Counted from the stretch's first letter, positions 16,709 through 25,830 are shown. The stretch is DNA of 64,000 nucleotides from an uncultured Gammaproteobacteria bacterium (GCA_964612595.1 CAZTFB010000002.1:188933-252932), one strand, 5' to 3'. Notes: generated from the letters alone by a model not told the origin. Numbers and translations: made by a program.

Positions 16709-18100
16709 TTACTGAGTTGGTTGATCAATACAAACACCTGTCACAGGCGGTAAAACGCACGCTGGTGGATTGCCTCCACCACCACCGCCCCCACCATCTC
16801 CACCACCACCTGTGCAAGCAACACGAACCCGCTTTGTACAGGAATATGTTAGAGCTCCGATGGTACATTTCATTGTTATGTCGTAAGATCCCCCGTTTTC
16901 GTAGGTATTCCTATGTTCTTCATCACCAACACCTATAACGTCGGTCGTACCTTCAAAATCTTCATCGTAATCGATATTGCCGGGCCCGCTGGAGTGGGTT
17001 TCAAACTTTGCTGATACGTTAGGTTTGAAACACTGAGGGACGGGATCAAAGTAACATTTTGGCCTGTTTGGATCATTGAGATCGCCTGGATAGTTACCGG
17101 TTGGGTCACCTAGACATCCATCTAGGTTTGCAGGATCTTCCGGTGGAGCTGGAACATTGGGTTTTTCAATAATTTCCGGCGCCTTACATGTTGTCGCGCA
17201 ACAAATTACTTCCTTTTCTTTATCAGGACAAAAAAGAGGTTCATCATCAGGATCCGTAGGGTCATCCTTAAACTTTATGGTTGCCTCATAACATCGACAT
17301 CCGTTTCCATTTGCTTCATGCAGTCTAAATAGTGCACCTGTTTCACTTGATGCTTCTTCACATTTAATTGATGTTCCATATCGTCCCTCTTGGTCGCCAG
17401 GGGTAGGAGCTATGGTTGGTCCAGTGCAGTTGGCATTTCCATATGCACTAAATTCAACTTTTTCTACATCATCACATCCAGCAGCATCTTTTTCACAGGC
17501 ATCGGGAGTCCACTTAATTTTTAGCCGCCCAATTTTTAGATCGGTCTCATTTATATTCGGTGGTGTAAGTGTTGGGAGTGGTCGTCCCGGATCTGTGTAA
17601 TCAAGTGAGATATCAACTTTCGAGCAATCTTTGCATTGACCCCCAATTCCGGTATCTCCAGGTGTAGGTGATGGTGTATTGGTCGGAGGACCTGGTGGAT
17701 CGTCATCTGGTCCACATGATATAACGTCTTCACCTTCATCACTAGCTTCTATTGAGCCACATGAATTTGTTACTTTTGTTGTAACGCTCACATGGCATTT
17801 GTAAGTTCCAGAATGTGCAATGACCACTTCTTCGGAAATCGTCGTTGATGGCTCTGAGGGGTTCATTGAACCGGCGGCAGTAACAACACCTCCTGCATTA
17901 TTGGTGACGGTTACCACGTATGTAAATGGTGTAGAGCTCTCTACGGTAAACTTACATACAACGGTTTTTTCTTCACCAACTGGACAGCTGTGTGCTGCTT
18001 GATTGCGAATATCTATACGATCTTGTAGGAGCGTAATTCCTGCAAAAATACCTCCCACAAGACCAATCAATAGTAAGACTGTCAAAAAAATCTTTTTCAT
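16709..18100 (-). CDS. Cys-rich secreted/anchored protein (about 30 Cys, poly-Gly near C-terminus)
   Basis: N-terminal anchor KKIFLTVLLLIGLVGGIFAGITLL, one copy of the Cys-framed domain (17714-17986), and many CxxC/CC pairs. Start chosen at ATG 18100 (AGGAA SD-like upstream). Confidence 0.65.
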   Translation of the reverse strand: MKKIFLTVLLLIGLVGGIFAGITLLQDRIDIRNQAAHSCPVGEEKTVVCKFTVESSTPFTYVVTVTNNAGGVVTAAGSMNPSEPSTTISEEVVIAHSGTYKCHVSVTTKVTNSCGSIEASDEGEDVISCGPDDDPPGPPTNTPSPTPGDTGIGGQCKDCSKVDISLDYTDPGRPLPTLTPPNINETDLKIGRLKIKWTPDACEKDAAGCDDVEKVEFSAYGNANCTGPTIAPTPGDQEGRYGTSIKCEEASSETGALFRLHEANGNGCRCYEATIKFKDDPTDPDDEPLFCPDKEKEVICCATTCKAPEIIEKPNVPAPPEDPANLDGCLGDPTGNYPGDLNDPNRPKCYFDPVPQCFKPNVSAKFETHSSGPGNIDYDEDFEGTTDVIGVGDEEHRNTYENGGSYDITMKCTIGALTYSCTKRVRVACTGGGGDGGGGGGGGNPPACVLPPVTGVCIDQPTQ

Positions 18101-18140
18101 ATCGTATTCCTGTAAGATATTTCTATCGATATTCATATTA

Positions 18141-18671
18141 TTATGGTGTTGGTGTCGGTCCTCCGCATCCATCTGGACATAAAATTTCTACATTTGTTAC
18201 TTTGATAGTAGGAGTCCCGGGTAAAGGACAATCATTAGTTGGAGGGGTCGGTGTGACTACGGGACAACAAACAATTCCTGGTTTTACATACTTCCCATCA
18301 CCGTCGAGGGTTGAATTGTTTGGCTTTACCCATGAGCCAACAGGGCACTCAAGTTCTGGTTTTTCAAGCGTACCGTCTGGACAACTTGGTGGCGGAATGG
18401 GCGTGTTAATAACAGTGTTCTTGCAACATACCTTGACAGTTGTGTTGTCGCCACCTATACCCGAGCTTTCTATTATGCTAATAATCTGCTTACCTGTTCC
18501 TGAGCAACTTACTTGATCAGTAACAAAGCCTCCATCGTTTTGACATTGAAGAAGGGCGTCTGTCTGGGCCTTTGTGCCGGCCTGCTGGGGCTCTCTGACG
18601 GTTAAAATTGAGATAAAAAGAAGTATGACAAGTACGACTATTCCCGAAATAATAACTGGTTTATTTTTCAT
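18141..18671 (-). CDS. Cys-rich membrane-anchored small surface protein
   Basis: N-terminal anchor PVIISGIVVLVILLFISILTV, the motifs VCCKN and IVCCPV, and PT-rich stretches. Confidence 0.6.
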   Translation of the reverse strand: MKNKPVIISGIVVLVILLFISILTVREPQQAGTKAQTDALLQCQNDGGFVTDQVSCSGTGKQIISIIESSGIGGDNTTVKVCCKNTVINTPIPPPSCPDGTLEKPELECPVGSWVKPNNSTLDGDGKYVKPGIVCCPVVTPTPPTNDCPLPGTPTIKVTNVEILCPDGCGGPTPTP

Positions 18672-18741
18672 AATAAAACTGAAGAGACAGCGGTCTCTGT
18701 TACATCTTAATATGTTGTGCTGTCAAGTGCAAGTTGAGTTA

Positions 18742-19506
18742 TTAGAGAAGCAGACCAAATGTAATTACAACAAACCCTGCAAGAATAATTACCAGCATGG
18801 AAACGGATGGAAGTCCGCCTGATGTTGGAAGCGTAGGATTGTTTGCTATGGACTTTGGCTTAGTAGTAGGTTGATTTTGTTGTGTTGGTTGTGGTGTGTT
18901 TGTTACATTAACTATCACAATATCGGTTGGGGTAGGTGTTTTTGAAGGAGTGACGTTTGGAGGTAGTGTTGGACTTGGTGTTGGGCTTAATGTCGGCGAA
19001 ATAGTACCCGTCGGCGTTGTAGAAGGCGTAATGCTCAAAGCAATGGTTATAGAAGGAGTAGGGCTTTCGATGAGAGTTGGTTGTGGTGACGAAGTGCAGG
19101 CGATCGATTTTTCGTCTGAAACTATGCCACATTCATTTGTTGCAGCCACTATACATGTATAGGTCTTGCCAGCATCTGGTGTATGTGTAACGATAATTTT
19201 GTCTGTCCCTGAGCTAGCTGGTATATCACCTTCTTTGACCAAAGTACCCTGATTATCTCTGATTGTGTAATGATAGGTAACACCAGGTTCTCGATTCCAT
19301 CGGCATATAAAGCCATTCACGGGACAACTCGGTCCAGTAAGGGAGGTGCCTTCACCTTCATCAGCTCTCTTTGCTGGATTCTGAACTTGATTTACCAAAA
19401 AGTAACCGATGACCATTGCAATCAATACAAAACCCAACAATACCAAAATTAGTCCTGTTTTTTTATTTAAACCTGTACTGGATTCTATTGTGTGCGCTGC
19501 TTTCAT
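18742..19506 (-). CDS. Cys-rich PT-linker surface protein with LPTSG sorting signal
   Basis: Anchor GLILVLLGFVLIAMVIGYFLV and a Cys-framed domain (19096-19326). LPTSG (18817-18831) is followed by the hydrophobic tail SVSMLVIILAGFVVITFGLLL. ATGA overlap with the upstream gene. Confidence 0.75.
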   Translation of the reverse strand: MKAAHTIESSTGLNKKTGLILVLLGFVLIAMVIGYFLVNQVQNPAKRADEGEGTSLTGPSCPVNGFICRWNREPGVTYHYTIRDNQGTLVKEGDIPASSGTDKIIVTHTPDAGKTYTCIVAATNECGIVSDEKSIACTSSPQPTLIESPTPSITIALSITPSTTPTGTISPTLSPTPSPTLPPNVTPSKTPTPTDIVIVNVTNTPQPTQQNQPTTKPKSIANNPTLPTSGGLPSVSMLVIILAGFVVITFGLLL

Positions 19507-20255
19507 TGTGTTGATGCCTCTCCATCGCATTGGAGACACTCGACTTCTATATTGAGTGTTGGCTTTGTACATGCTGGAACCGTTGGCAATGGTTTATCTG
19601 TAGTAGATGGTTGTGGCGTAGTTTTAATTTTAGGTTTACAACAATACTGATTGGTTGCAGGACATTGTCCAATTGGTGTTGTTGAACTTGGAGGAGTTTC
19701 GCATTCGTTAAGTGGGAGACATTGATTTGGTGTTGCACAAATAGGTTTTGGCTCAATCGAAGGTGCTGTAGTCGGTTGTGAGGAGCATGAGACCCACTGG
19801 TTTCCTTGGTATCGGACAAAGCGAAGACCATCGTCGAAGCGACATTCCCAACAAGTTACATCGCTACATGGGTTGCCTTTAGGCTTACACTCACCTTCAG
19901 CAGGTGCCGAACATCCACTGCCGGTCATCCCTGTCCATGGACAACAGCCTGTCGTGCAGACCATGCCAATTTGATCAAGTCGAGCCTTGTATTTCTGCCA
20001 ATCTAAACAAGCTAGTTCTTGTATTCCTGCATCATCTGAAAATATACTTACCTCATCGGATGAGGTGGTGGTAGGTGTGGCGGTCGGCGTTTGAAGAGGT
20101 TTTTGTGTTGGAACGGACATGACATTAAGGTAATAAAAAACACCCAATATGATTGCCAAGACAACAAGGACACCAATGACTATTATCGGCAGTTTGCTCT
20201 TTGCCGCAGTTATGTCTTGGGGTAGAGGTGTGTAATGCAAAGAATCATCATCCAT
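19503..20255 (-). CDS. Cys-rich membrane-anchored surface protein
   Basis: Anchor LPIIVIGVLVVLAIILGVFYYL, about 26 Cys including the TGCCPW, YCCKPK and ECLQC motifs, and PT linkers. Confidence 0.6.
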   Translation of the reverse strand: MDDDSLHYTPLPQDITAAKSKLPIIVIGVLVVLAIILGVFYYLNVMSVPTQKPLQTPTATPTTTSSDEVSIFSDDAGIQELACLDWQKYKARLDQIGMVCTTGCCPWTGMTGSGCSAPAEGECKPKGNPCSDVTCWECRFDDGLRFVRYQGNQWVSCSSQPTTAPSIEPKPICATPNQCLPLNECETPPSSTTPIGQCPATNQYCCKPKIKTTPQPSTTDKPLPTVPACTKPTLNIEVECLQCDGEASTQ

Positions 20256-20273
20256 AGATTTAGATTATTTATA

Positions 20274-21161
20274 CTATGTTCTCCTTTGTTTTGCTATAAG
20301 CGTCATGAGATTAGCAGAGAGTATTGTTGTTGTGAAGGGTTCGGCAACAAATCGAACCAATACTGTTGCATAAAGAAAAAGCGCAAGCCCTGCAAACATA
20401 CCAACAACAACCTGATGTGTTGGTGTAATGGGGGATGTCTTCGGTTCTGGGATCATAACGAGTGCGAGAAAAGCAACAGAATTAAAAAATGATTGAGATA
20501 CCACTCGAATTGTTTCGTCTGGTTGGTGAGTTATAAATATGTTGTATACAAAGAAACAAAAAATATACGTTAGAAAAAACGTTACTGCATAATTAAATTT
20601 TCTAAATGCTTGAGCAAAATACAGGCATCCAAGCAATAGGCCCACTGCAACAAGAATGTTGACAACGGGAATATTCGATAAGAGCTGTTGTTGCATATCT
20701 GCTCCCCACCACGATATAAGTAATGAATCAGGAACGAGCTTTAGGGCAAGGAGGAATTTTGAGAGATACAGAGCAAAAAAAAGCCCAAAAGCTGCTGGAT
20801 TAAAAATTGGAAGGTTTGATTTCTTGAAAAAGTATTTTCCTACAAATATGCCTATGAAGACAAACATAAACAGTAGGGGTGCATTAGATGGATGGACAAG
20901 AAGGTATACGAGTATAGTGCTGATCAGAATATTAAACGGATTTACGGTTTGAAATTTTAAGATATAACGAGAAATATAATAAAAGGTAAAGCCTAACCCA
21001 CCGCAGAGGAAAACATTAAACAACATGTTCGTTTTTTCTCCATTGTTTTTAGTACCAAGATAAATATCGAGTGTTGAAATGATGGAAAAGACTGATAGAA
21101 AGAGTAAAAATCGAAAAAGCGGATTTCTGAAATTTATGAATTTTTTTATCTCCGACAACAT
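20274..21161 (-). CDS. NQR2/RnfD/RnfE-family polytopic membrane protein
   Basis: MIPEPKTSPITPTHQVVVGMFAGL matches the family signature (F.atDP.TSP.t..G...yG...G), and PIFNPAAFGLFF matches the NPA(l/a) segment. About 8 TM helices. Only 18 nt separate it from the downstream Cys-rich genes. Confidence 0.55.
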   Translation of the reverse strand: MLSEIKKFINFRNPLFRFLLFLSVFSIISTLDIYLGTKNNGEKTNMLFNVFLCGGLGFTFYYISRYILKFQTVNPFNILISTILVYLLVHPSNAPLLFMFVFIGIFVGKYFFKKSNLPIFNPAAFGLFFALYLSKFLLALKLVPDSLLISWWGADMQQQLLSNIPVVNILVAVGLLLGCLYFAQAFRKFNYAVTFFLTYIFCFFVYNIFITHQPDETIRVVSQSFFNSVAFLALVMIPEPKTSPITPTHQVVVGMFAGLALFLYATVLVRFVAEPFTTTILSANLMTLIAKQRRT

Positions 21162-21210
21162 ATAGTTTTTATGTATAATGTCTTAACGTTACAATTTTAA
21201 CGTATTTATT

Positions 21211-21684
21211 ATGAATGGTAAAAATCTCGCAATGGGTCTCGTTGTTGTTGCGATTATTGGTGTTGCTGTTTTTGCACTTGGGAGCAAGCCAGCTGAAAAA
21301 GCCCAAACACCAGAGCCTACACAGGCCCAACAAGAAATTGTTACAGACACAGCGAAGCCATCTGGAGCAATGATGGAAAAAGGCAGCTACAAAGACGGGG
21401 TTTACAAGGCAGTTGGTAACTATACATCACCTGCACAAGAAGAAACTATTGAAATTAGTTTAACACTGAAAGACGGGCTCATAACAGACGCCGCGTTTAC
21501 TGGAAAAGCGGTCAATGAAGTATCTAAGAAAATGCAAGGAAAATTTTCAGAGGGTTTTGAAGAAGAAGTTGTTGGTAAATCTATTGATGAAATTAATCTA
21601 ACCGTCGTAAATGGTTCATCGCTTACGCCAAAAGGATTTATGGATGCTCTTGGGAAAGTGAAGCTTGAAGCACAACAATCATAA
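21211..21684 (+). CDS. Extracytosolic FMN-binding-domain protein (FMN_bind-like)
   Basis: Signal anchor LAMGLVVVAIIGVAVFALG. YKDGVYKAVGNYTSP...ISLTLKDGLITDAAF...VVNGSSLTPKGFMDAL parallels the FMN_bind pattern (YkDGtY.g...g......v.vtv.dgkI..i.......vSGAT.Ts.a...Av). NGSS (21610-21621) sits at the SGAT flavinylation site. Confidence 0.6.
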   Translation: MNGKNLAMGLVVVAIIGVAVFALGSKPAEKAQTPEPTQAQQEIVTDTAKPSGAMMEKGSYKDGVYKAVGNYTSPAQEETIEISLTLKDGLITDAAFTGKAVNEVSKKMQGKFSEGFEEEVVGKSIDEINLTVVNGSSLTPKGFMDALGKVKLEAQQS

Positions 21685-21685
21685 G

Positions 21686-22558
21686 ATGAGTTTTCAAGAA
21701 TGTACGTTTACCTCAATGGGAACGTCGTGGCGTATTACAATATGGGACGATATTCCTGAGACAACATTCCTAGCACTCGAGCAAACGATTCGTGCGTATT
21801 GTTCAATTTTTGATCATACGTATTCTCGATTTATTGAGAATTCTTTTATTGTGCAACTCTCCGAGAAGATAGGAGTCCAAGAGGTTCCTCCAGAATTTAT
21901 TGACATACTTCGTATGTATGAAAAGCTTTTTGTGCTGTCTTATGGAGCATTTACCCCACTTGTTGGTGATGCTCTGAGCGATTTGGGGTATGATGCGACA
22001 TATTCGCTACAGCCAAAAAAAACAATACGTCGCGTACCTGATCTATTAAAAACTGTACAGATTATTGATGGGCGCCATATCGAGCTTAAAGAGAAGTCGA
22101 CCATCGATATTGGGGCTATTGGAAAAGGATTTACTGTAGATGCTGTATCAGCCATTATTGAGCAGAAAGGACTTTTGTCCTACCTCGTAGATGGAAGTGG
22201 CGATATTCGCTACAAAGGCTCTAAGAACATCAAAGTTGGGCTTGAGCATCCTAAAGATGCTTCTAAAATAATTGGCTCCATAGATTTCTCTACGGGTGCA
22301 ATGTGTAGCTCTGCAACGAACAGAAGGTCTTGGCAAGGCATGCATCATATTATTAACCCACGTACCTTAACGTCAACAAATGAGATACTTGCTTGTTGGG
22401 TTATGGCTGAGTCAGCTGCACTTGCAGATGGATTATCTACGGCACTTTTTCTTTCACCCCCCGAACAGTTTGAAAAAGATTTCACATTCGAATACCTTAT
22501 TTTAAATAGTGAGATGAAAGTAAAAAGATCAGCAGGATTTCATGCTGAGTTATATTAA
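21686..22558 (+). CDS. apbE: FAD:protein FMN transferase (ApbE family)
   Basis: MGTSWRITIWD, DIGAIGKGFTVDAV, LVDGSGDIRYKG, SSATNRRSW..HHIINPRT and ALADGLSTALF. Confidence 0.85.
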   Translation: MSFQECTFTSMGTSWRITIWDDIPETTFLALEQTIRAYCSIFDHTYSRFIENSFIVQLSEKIGVQEVPPEFIDILRMYEKLFVLSYGAFTPLVGDALSDLGYDATYSLQPKKTIRRVPDLLKTVQIIDGRHIELKEKSTIDIGAIGKGFTVDAVSAIIEQKGLLSYLVDGSGDIRYKGSKNIKVGLEHPKDASKIIGSIDFSTGAMCSSATNRRSWQGMHHIINPRTLTSTNEILACWVMAESAALADGLSTALFLSPPEQFEKDFTFEYLILNSEMKVKRSAGFHAELY

Positions 22559-22564
22559 ACTTAG

Positions 22565-22570
22565 TATACT
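22565..22570 (+). promoter_or_regulatory. -10 box TATACT 6 nt upstream of ATG 22577
   Basis: TATACT-tttgtt-ATG. Confidence 0.4.
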
Positions 22571-22576
22571 TTTGTT

Positions 22577-23119
22577 ATGAGACATTGGCTATTAGTAAGT
22601 GTATTTTTATTAGTCTGTAGTGCGATTGTCTACTATGTATTCTATGGAAGGCTTCATAATAAAATTGAACCACGACTTAACATCAGATATCAAGAATCTC
22701 CCACAAAGCAGCCCTTACAAGTCGTAGGCGATAGTGTTCCAGTGCCGACTCTAGGAACAAATACTGGTGGTAGTTGTAATGATCTACCCGAGAGACAGGA
22801 CGTACATGCCATGTATGTAAAAAGTCTTGCAAAGGACTGCGGCGCACTTAACGACAATGAAATGGTAATGGATGAGGCGCAAACAAAAGATATTTTTCAT
22901 TGTATGCAAAATGATCTTGATCGTAAAGGAGTATGTGGCAATAGTAAGGCCTTTTTAACTCTTCAGGGTTTTGAAGGAATAATAGAAGTATTTGTTGAGA
23001 GTAAAAATTGTAAAGTTAGTGTAAAACAATGGTCAACCACTTCACCGCAATGTGGATATAGCGAAGAAGTATGTGATACTTTTTCAGATAGGTTTCCATT
23101 TCAAATATGCAGTACGTAA
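22577..23119 (+). CDS. Secreted Cys-containing hypothetical protein
   Basis: N-terminal hydrophobic helix WLLVSVFLLVCSAIVYYVF and 9 Cys in the mature part. Confidence 0.5.
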   Translation: MRHWLLVSVFLLVCSAIVYYVFYGRLHNKIEPRLNIRYQESPTKQPLQVVGDSVPVPTLGTNTGGSCNDLPERQDVHAMYVKSLAKDCGALNDNEMVMDEAQTKDIFHCMQNDLDRKGVCGNSKAFLTLQGFEGIIEVFVESKNCKVSVKQWSTTSPQCGYSEEVCDTFSDRFPFQICST

Positions 23120-23946
23120 AAATTATTCTTGCTCAAATAGGTGCATATTTTGTGACGATCGTTTTGATCGAGAGGGTATTTCTTGGGCCTGTTCCAACAG
23201 TACGCGCAGAATTTATATACGAAGTGCAATCATTACCCCAAACTGCACGCACTTATATTGCAGAGACGCCAGCAAAAATTTCATCATTTATTGCACGACT
23301 TAAAGAACGCAAAGAGCTCGCATCAAAAACGCCACCTCCATGGGTGTTTGAACCGGTGCCTGGCGAAGTTATTCCTACACAATCAGGTCGCTACGCGGGG
23401 CCAACTAGGTCACCAAAAGAATCGCCTCACGATCCACAACAACCAACCAGTCAACCACAAGATCCACGACCAACAGACCAACAGAGAAAGCCAGATCAAC
23501 CACGTGAGGTTTTGCCTACGCGAGCGCCACAACCAACAAGGCCGCCGGCACAGCCCACATCAGTTCCAGCGAGTCCTTCAACACTAGAACAACAAATGTT
23601 GGCTTTGATTAATCAGCGACGCAAAGCCGCTGGGCTCCAAGAAATGTCTCTGGATGGCCATTTAACAACTGCAGCTCGCGACCATAGTTCGTATATGTCT
23701 GGAGGTCGGGGCCGTTGTGGCCATGTTGGTGCAGGAGGGTCATCTCCATTTGATAGAGCAAAAACAGCTGGCTACAACGGCCAGGTTATTGGTGAGACTG
23801 TTGCATGTAGTTATACGTCAGCTCAAGCTGCTGTTGATGGATGGTGGTCAAGCCCGCCGCATAAGGCAATTCTTATGAGCCAGAACGGACGACAAATTGG
23901 TCTTGGATGGTCAAATAATTATCAAACAGCGCTTGTTGCACGCTAA
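23107..23946 (+). CDS. CAP/SCP/PR-1 (YkwD-like) domain protein with Pro/Gln-rich linker
   Basis: N-terminal TM helix. C-terminal LALINQRRKAAGLQEMSLDGHLTTAARDHSSYM...DGWWSSPPHKAILMS...IGLGW is typical of the CAP domain. Confidence 0.75.
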   Translation: MQYVKIILAQIGAYFVTIVLIERVFLGPVPTVRAEFIYEVQSLPQTARTYIAETPAKISSFIARLKERKELASKTPPPWVFEPVPGEVIPTQSGRYAGPTRSPKESPHDPQQPTSQPQDPRPTDQQRKPDQPREVLPTRAPQPTRPPAQPTSVPASPSTLEQQMLALINQRRKAAGLQEMSLDGHLTTAARDHSSYMSGGRGRCGHVGAGGSSPFDRAKTAGYNGQVIGETVACSYTSAQAAVDGWWSSPPHKAILMSQNGRQIGLGWSNNYQTALVAR

Positions 23947-23979
23947 TATGTACTTATTATTTATACATTTAGGATTATT

Positions 23980-25830
23980 ATGCAAAATATAGATAACTTA
24001 ACAGCCTTAACCAGAAGATTACGCATTCATATTCTTGAATCAACTACAAAGGCAGGATCAGGCCATCTTACCTCATCATTATCAGCTGTCGAACTCATGA
24101 CGGTATTAATGTTTGGTGGCTATTTTAGATCTTTCATTGATAATCCAAAACATCCCAACAATGATCGTCTTATTTTTTCGAAAGGCCACGCTTCACCACT
24201 ACTATATAGTCTGTGGGCTGTTGCAGGAGCATTTCCTGCAGAAGAGCTGCTCACTCTGAGAGAATTTGGTAGTCGACTAGAGGGTCATCCTACTATGGCA
24301 TTTCCTTATACAGAAGCGCCCACAGGCTCTCTGGGTCAAGGTCTTTCTGTAGGCCTTGGTATGGCGCTAAATGCACAATATCTTGACAAGTTGCCTTACA
24401 AGACATTCGTACTGCTGGGTGATAGTGAGCTTGCAGAAGGTTCAAATTGGGAGGCAATGGCAATTGCAGCGTATTACAAACTACGTAATCTCATTGGCAT
24501 TGTGGATGTAAATAGACTTGGCCAACGCGGCGAGACCATGCAAGGCCATGACGTAGAGAATCTTCGCTTGAAAGTTGAAGCTTTCGGATGGGCAACAAGT
24601 GTTATCGATGGTCACGATTTGCATCAAATCGATGAAGCATATAAAAAAGCACAACAAGCAACGAAACCGTATATGATCATTGCCAAAACATTGAAAGGGA
24701 AAGGTTTTACGATGGTTGAAGATAAAGATGGGTGGCATGGAAAAGCTGTGAGCAAAGAAGAAAGTATGTTAATTAAGAAGGAGTTTGGGGAAGTTGATAT
24801 GACTGTTATCGGAAAGTTAGTCCAACCAGAGCAATTGACTCCACACACAGATATGGTATCGCGCACTATCGAAATGGATGACTCATACAGTGCGCCGCTT
24901 TCAACTCGAAAAGCATATGGTCATGCGCTTGTTGAAATGTTTCCTGCACACCCAGAGATGGTGGTTCTCGATGCTGAAACAAGTAACTCGACATATGCTG
25001 ACGCTTTTATGAAAGCACATCCTGACAGATCCTTCGAGATGTTTATCGCGGAACAAAATATGGTTGGTGTCGCACTCGGTTTATCACTTCGAGGAAAGAT
25101 GCCGTTCATTTCAACGTTTGCAGCGTTTTTGTCGCGCGCCTTTGATCAGTTACGCGTAGCGCAGTATGCCGGCGCGCACATAAATGTTGCAGGATCGCAT
25201 TGTGGTGTTTCGATTGGAGAGGATGGTATGACCCAGATGGGGCTTGAGGATATAGCGATGTTTCGATCATTCTTAAATAGCACAGTGCTTTATCCAGCAG
25301 ATCATGTTTCTGCTGAAAAATTAACGAATGGAATGGTCCGCACGCAAGGTATTACCTACATTCGTACAACACGTGGGAACACAGAAACATTGTATGATCC
25401 AAAGGACACATTCCCCATTGGGGGAAGTAAAGTATTGCGTCATTCTACGAATGACAAAGTGACCATTGTGGCTGCTGGAATTACCCTTTATGAAGCCCTA
25501 CAAGCTTATGAGGATCTACTTGGCGAAGATATCATTGTTCGCATTATTGATCTCTATAGCATTAAACCCCTCGATACAGAGACGCTGCATAAAGCTGCTA
25601 AAGAAACGGGGGCAATAATAACGGTTGAAGATCACTATGAGGCTGGAGGTATGGGAGAGGCTGTTGCGACAGCCCTTTCAGGTACGGGGACGCCTGTACA
25701 TACGCTAGCTGTGCGAAAAATGCCGCGCAGCGGGAAGCCCAATGAACTGTTAGAATATGAAGACATTTCTGCAACGGCCATCATTACAAAAGTTAAAGAA
25801 ATAGTTCATGGACGAAAAACTTTTCATTGA
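23980..25830 (+). CDS. tkt: Transketolase
   Basis: GSGHLTSSLSAVELM, SKGHASPLLYS, LEGHPT, GSLGQGLSVGLGMAL and LLGDSELAEGSNWEA (ThDP motif), followed by Pyr and C-terminal domains. Confidence 0.9.
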   Translation: MQNIDNLTALTRRLRIHILESTTKAGSGHLTSSLSAVELMTVLMFGGYFRSFIDNPKHPNNDRLIFSKGHASPLLYSLWAVAGAFPAEELLTLREFGSRLEGHPTMAFPYTEAPTGSLGQGLSVGLGMALNAQYLDKLPYKTFVLLGDSELAEGSNWEAMAIAAYYKLRNLIGIVDVNRLGQRGETMQGHDVENLRLKVEAFGWATSVIDGHDLHQIDEAYKKAQQATKPYMIIAKTLKGKGFTMVEDKDGWHGKAVSKEESMLIKKEFGEVDMTVIGKLVQPEQLTPHTDMVSRTIEMDDSYSAPLSTRKAYGHALVEMFPAHPEMVVLDAETSNSTYADAFMKAHPDRSFEMFIAEQNMVGVALGLSLRGKMPFISTFAAFLSRAFDQLRVAQYAGAHINVAGSHCGVSIGEDGMTQMGLEDIAMFRSFLNSTVLYPADHVSAEKLTNGMVRTQGITYIRTTRGNTETLYDPKDTFPIGGSKVLRHSTNDKVTIVAAGITLYEALQAYEDLLGEDIIVRIIDLYSIKPLDTETLHKAAKETGAIITVEDHYEAGGMGEAVATALSGTGTPVHTLAVRKMPRSGKPNELLEYEDISATAIITKVKEIVHGRKTFH

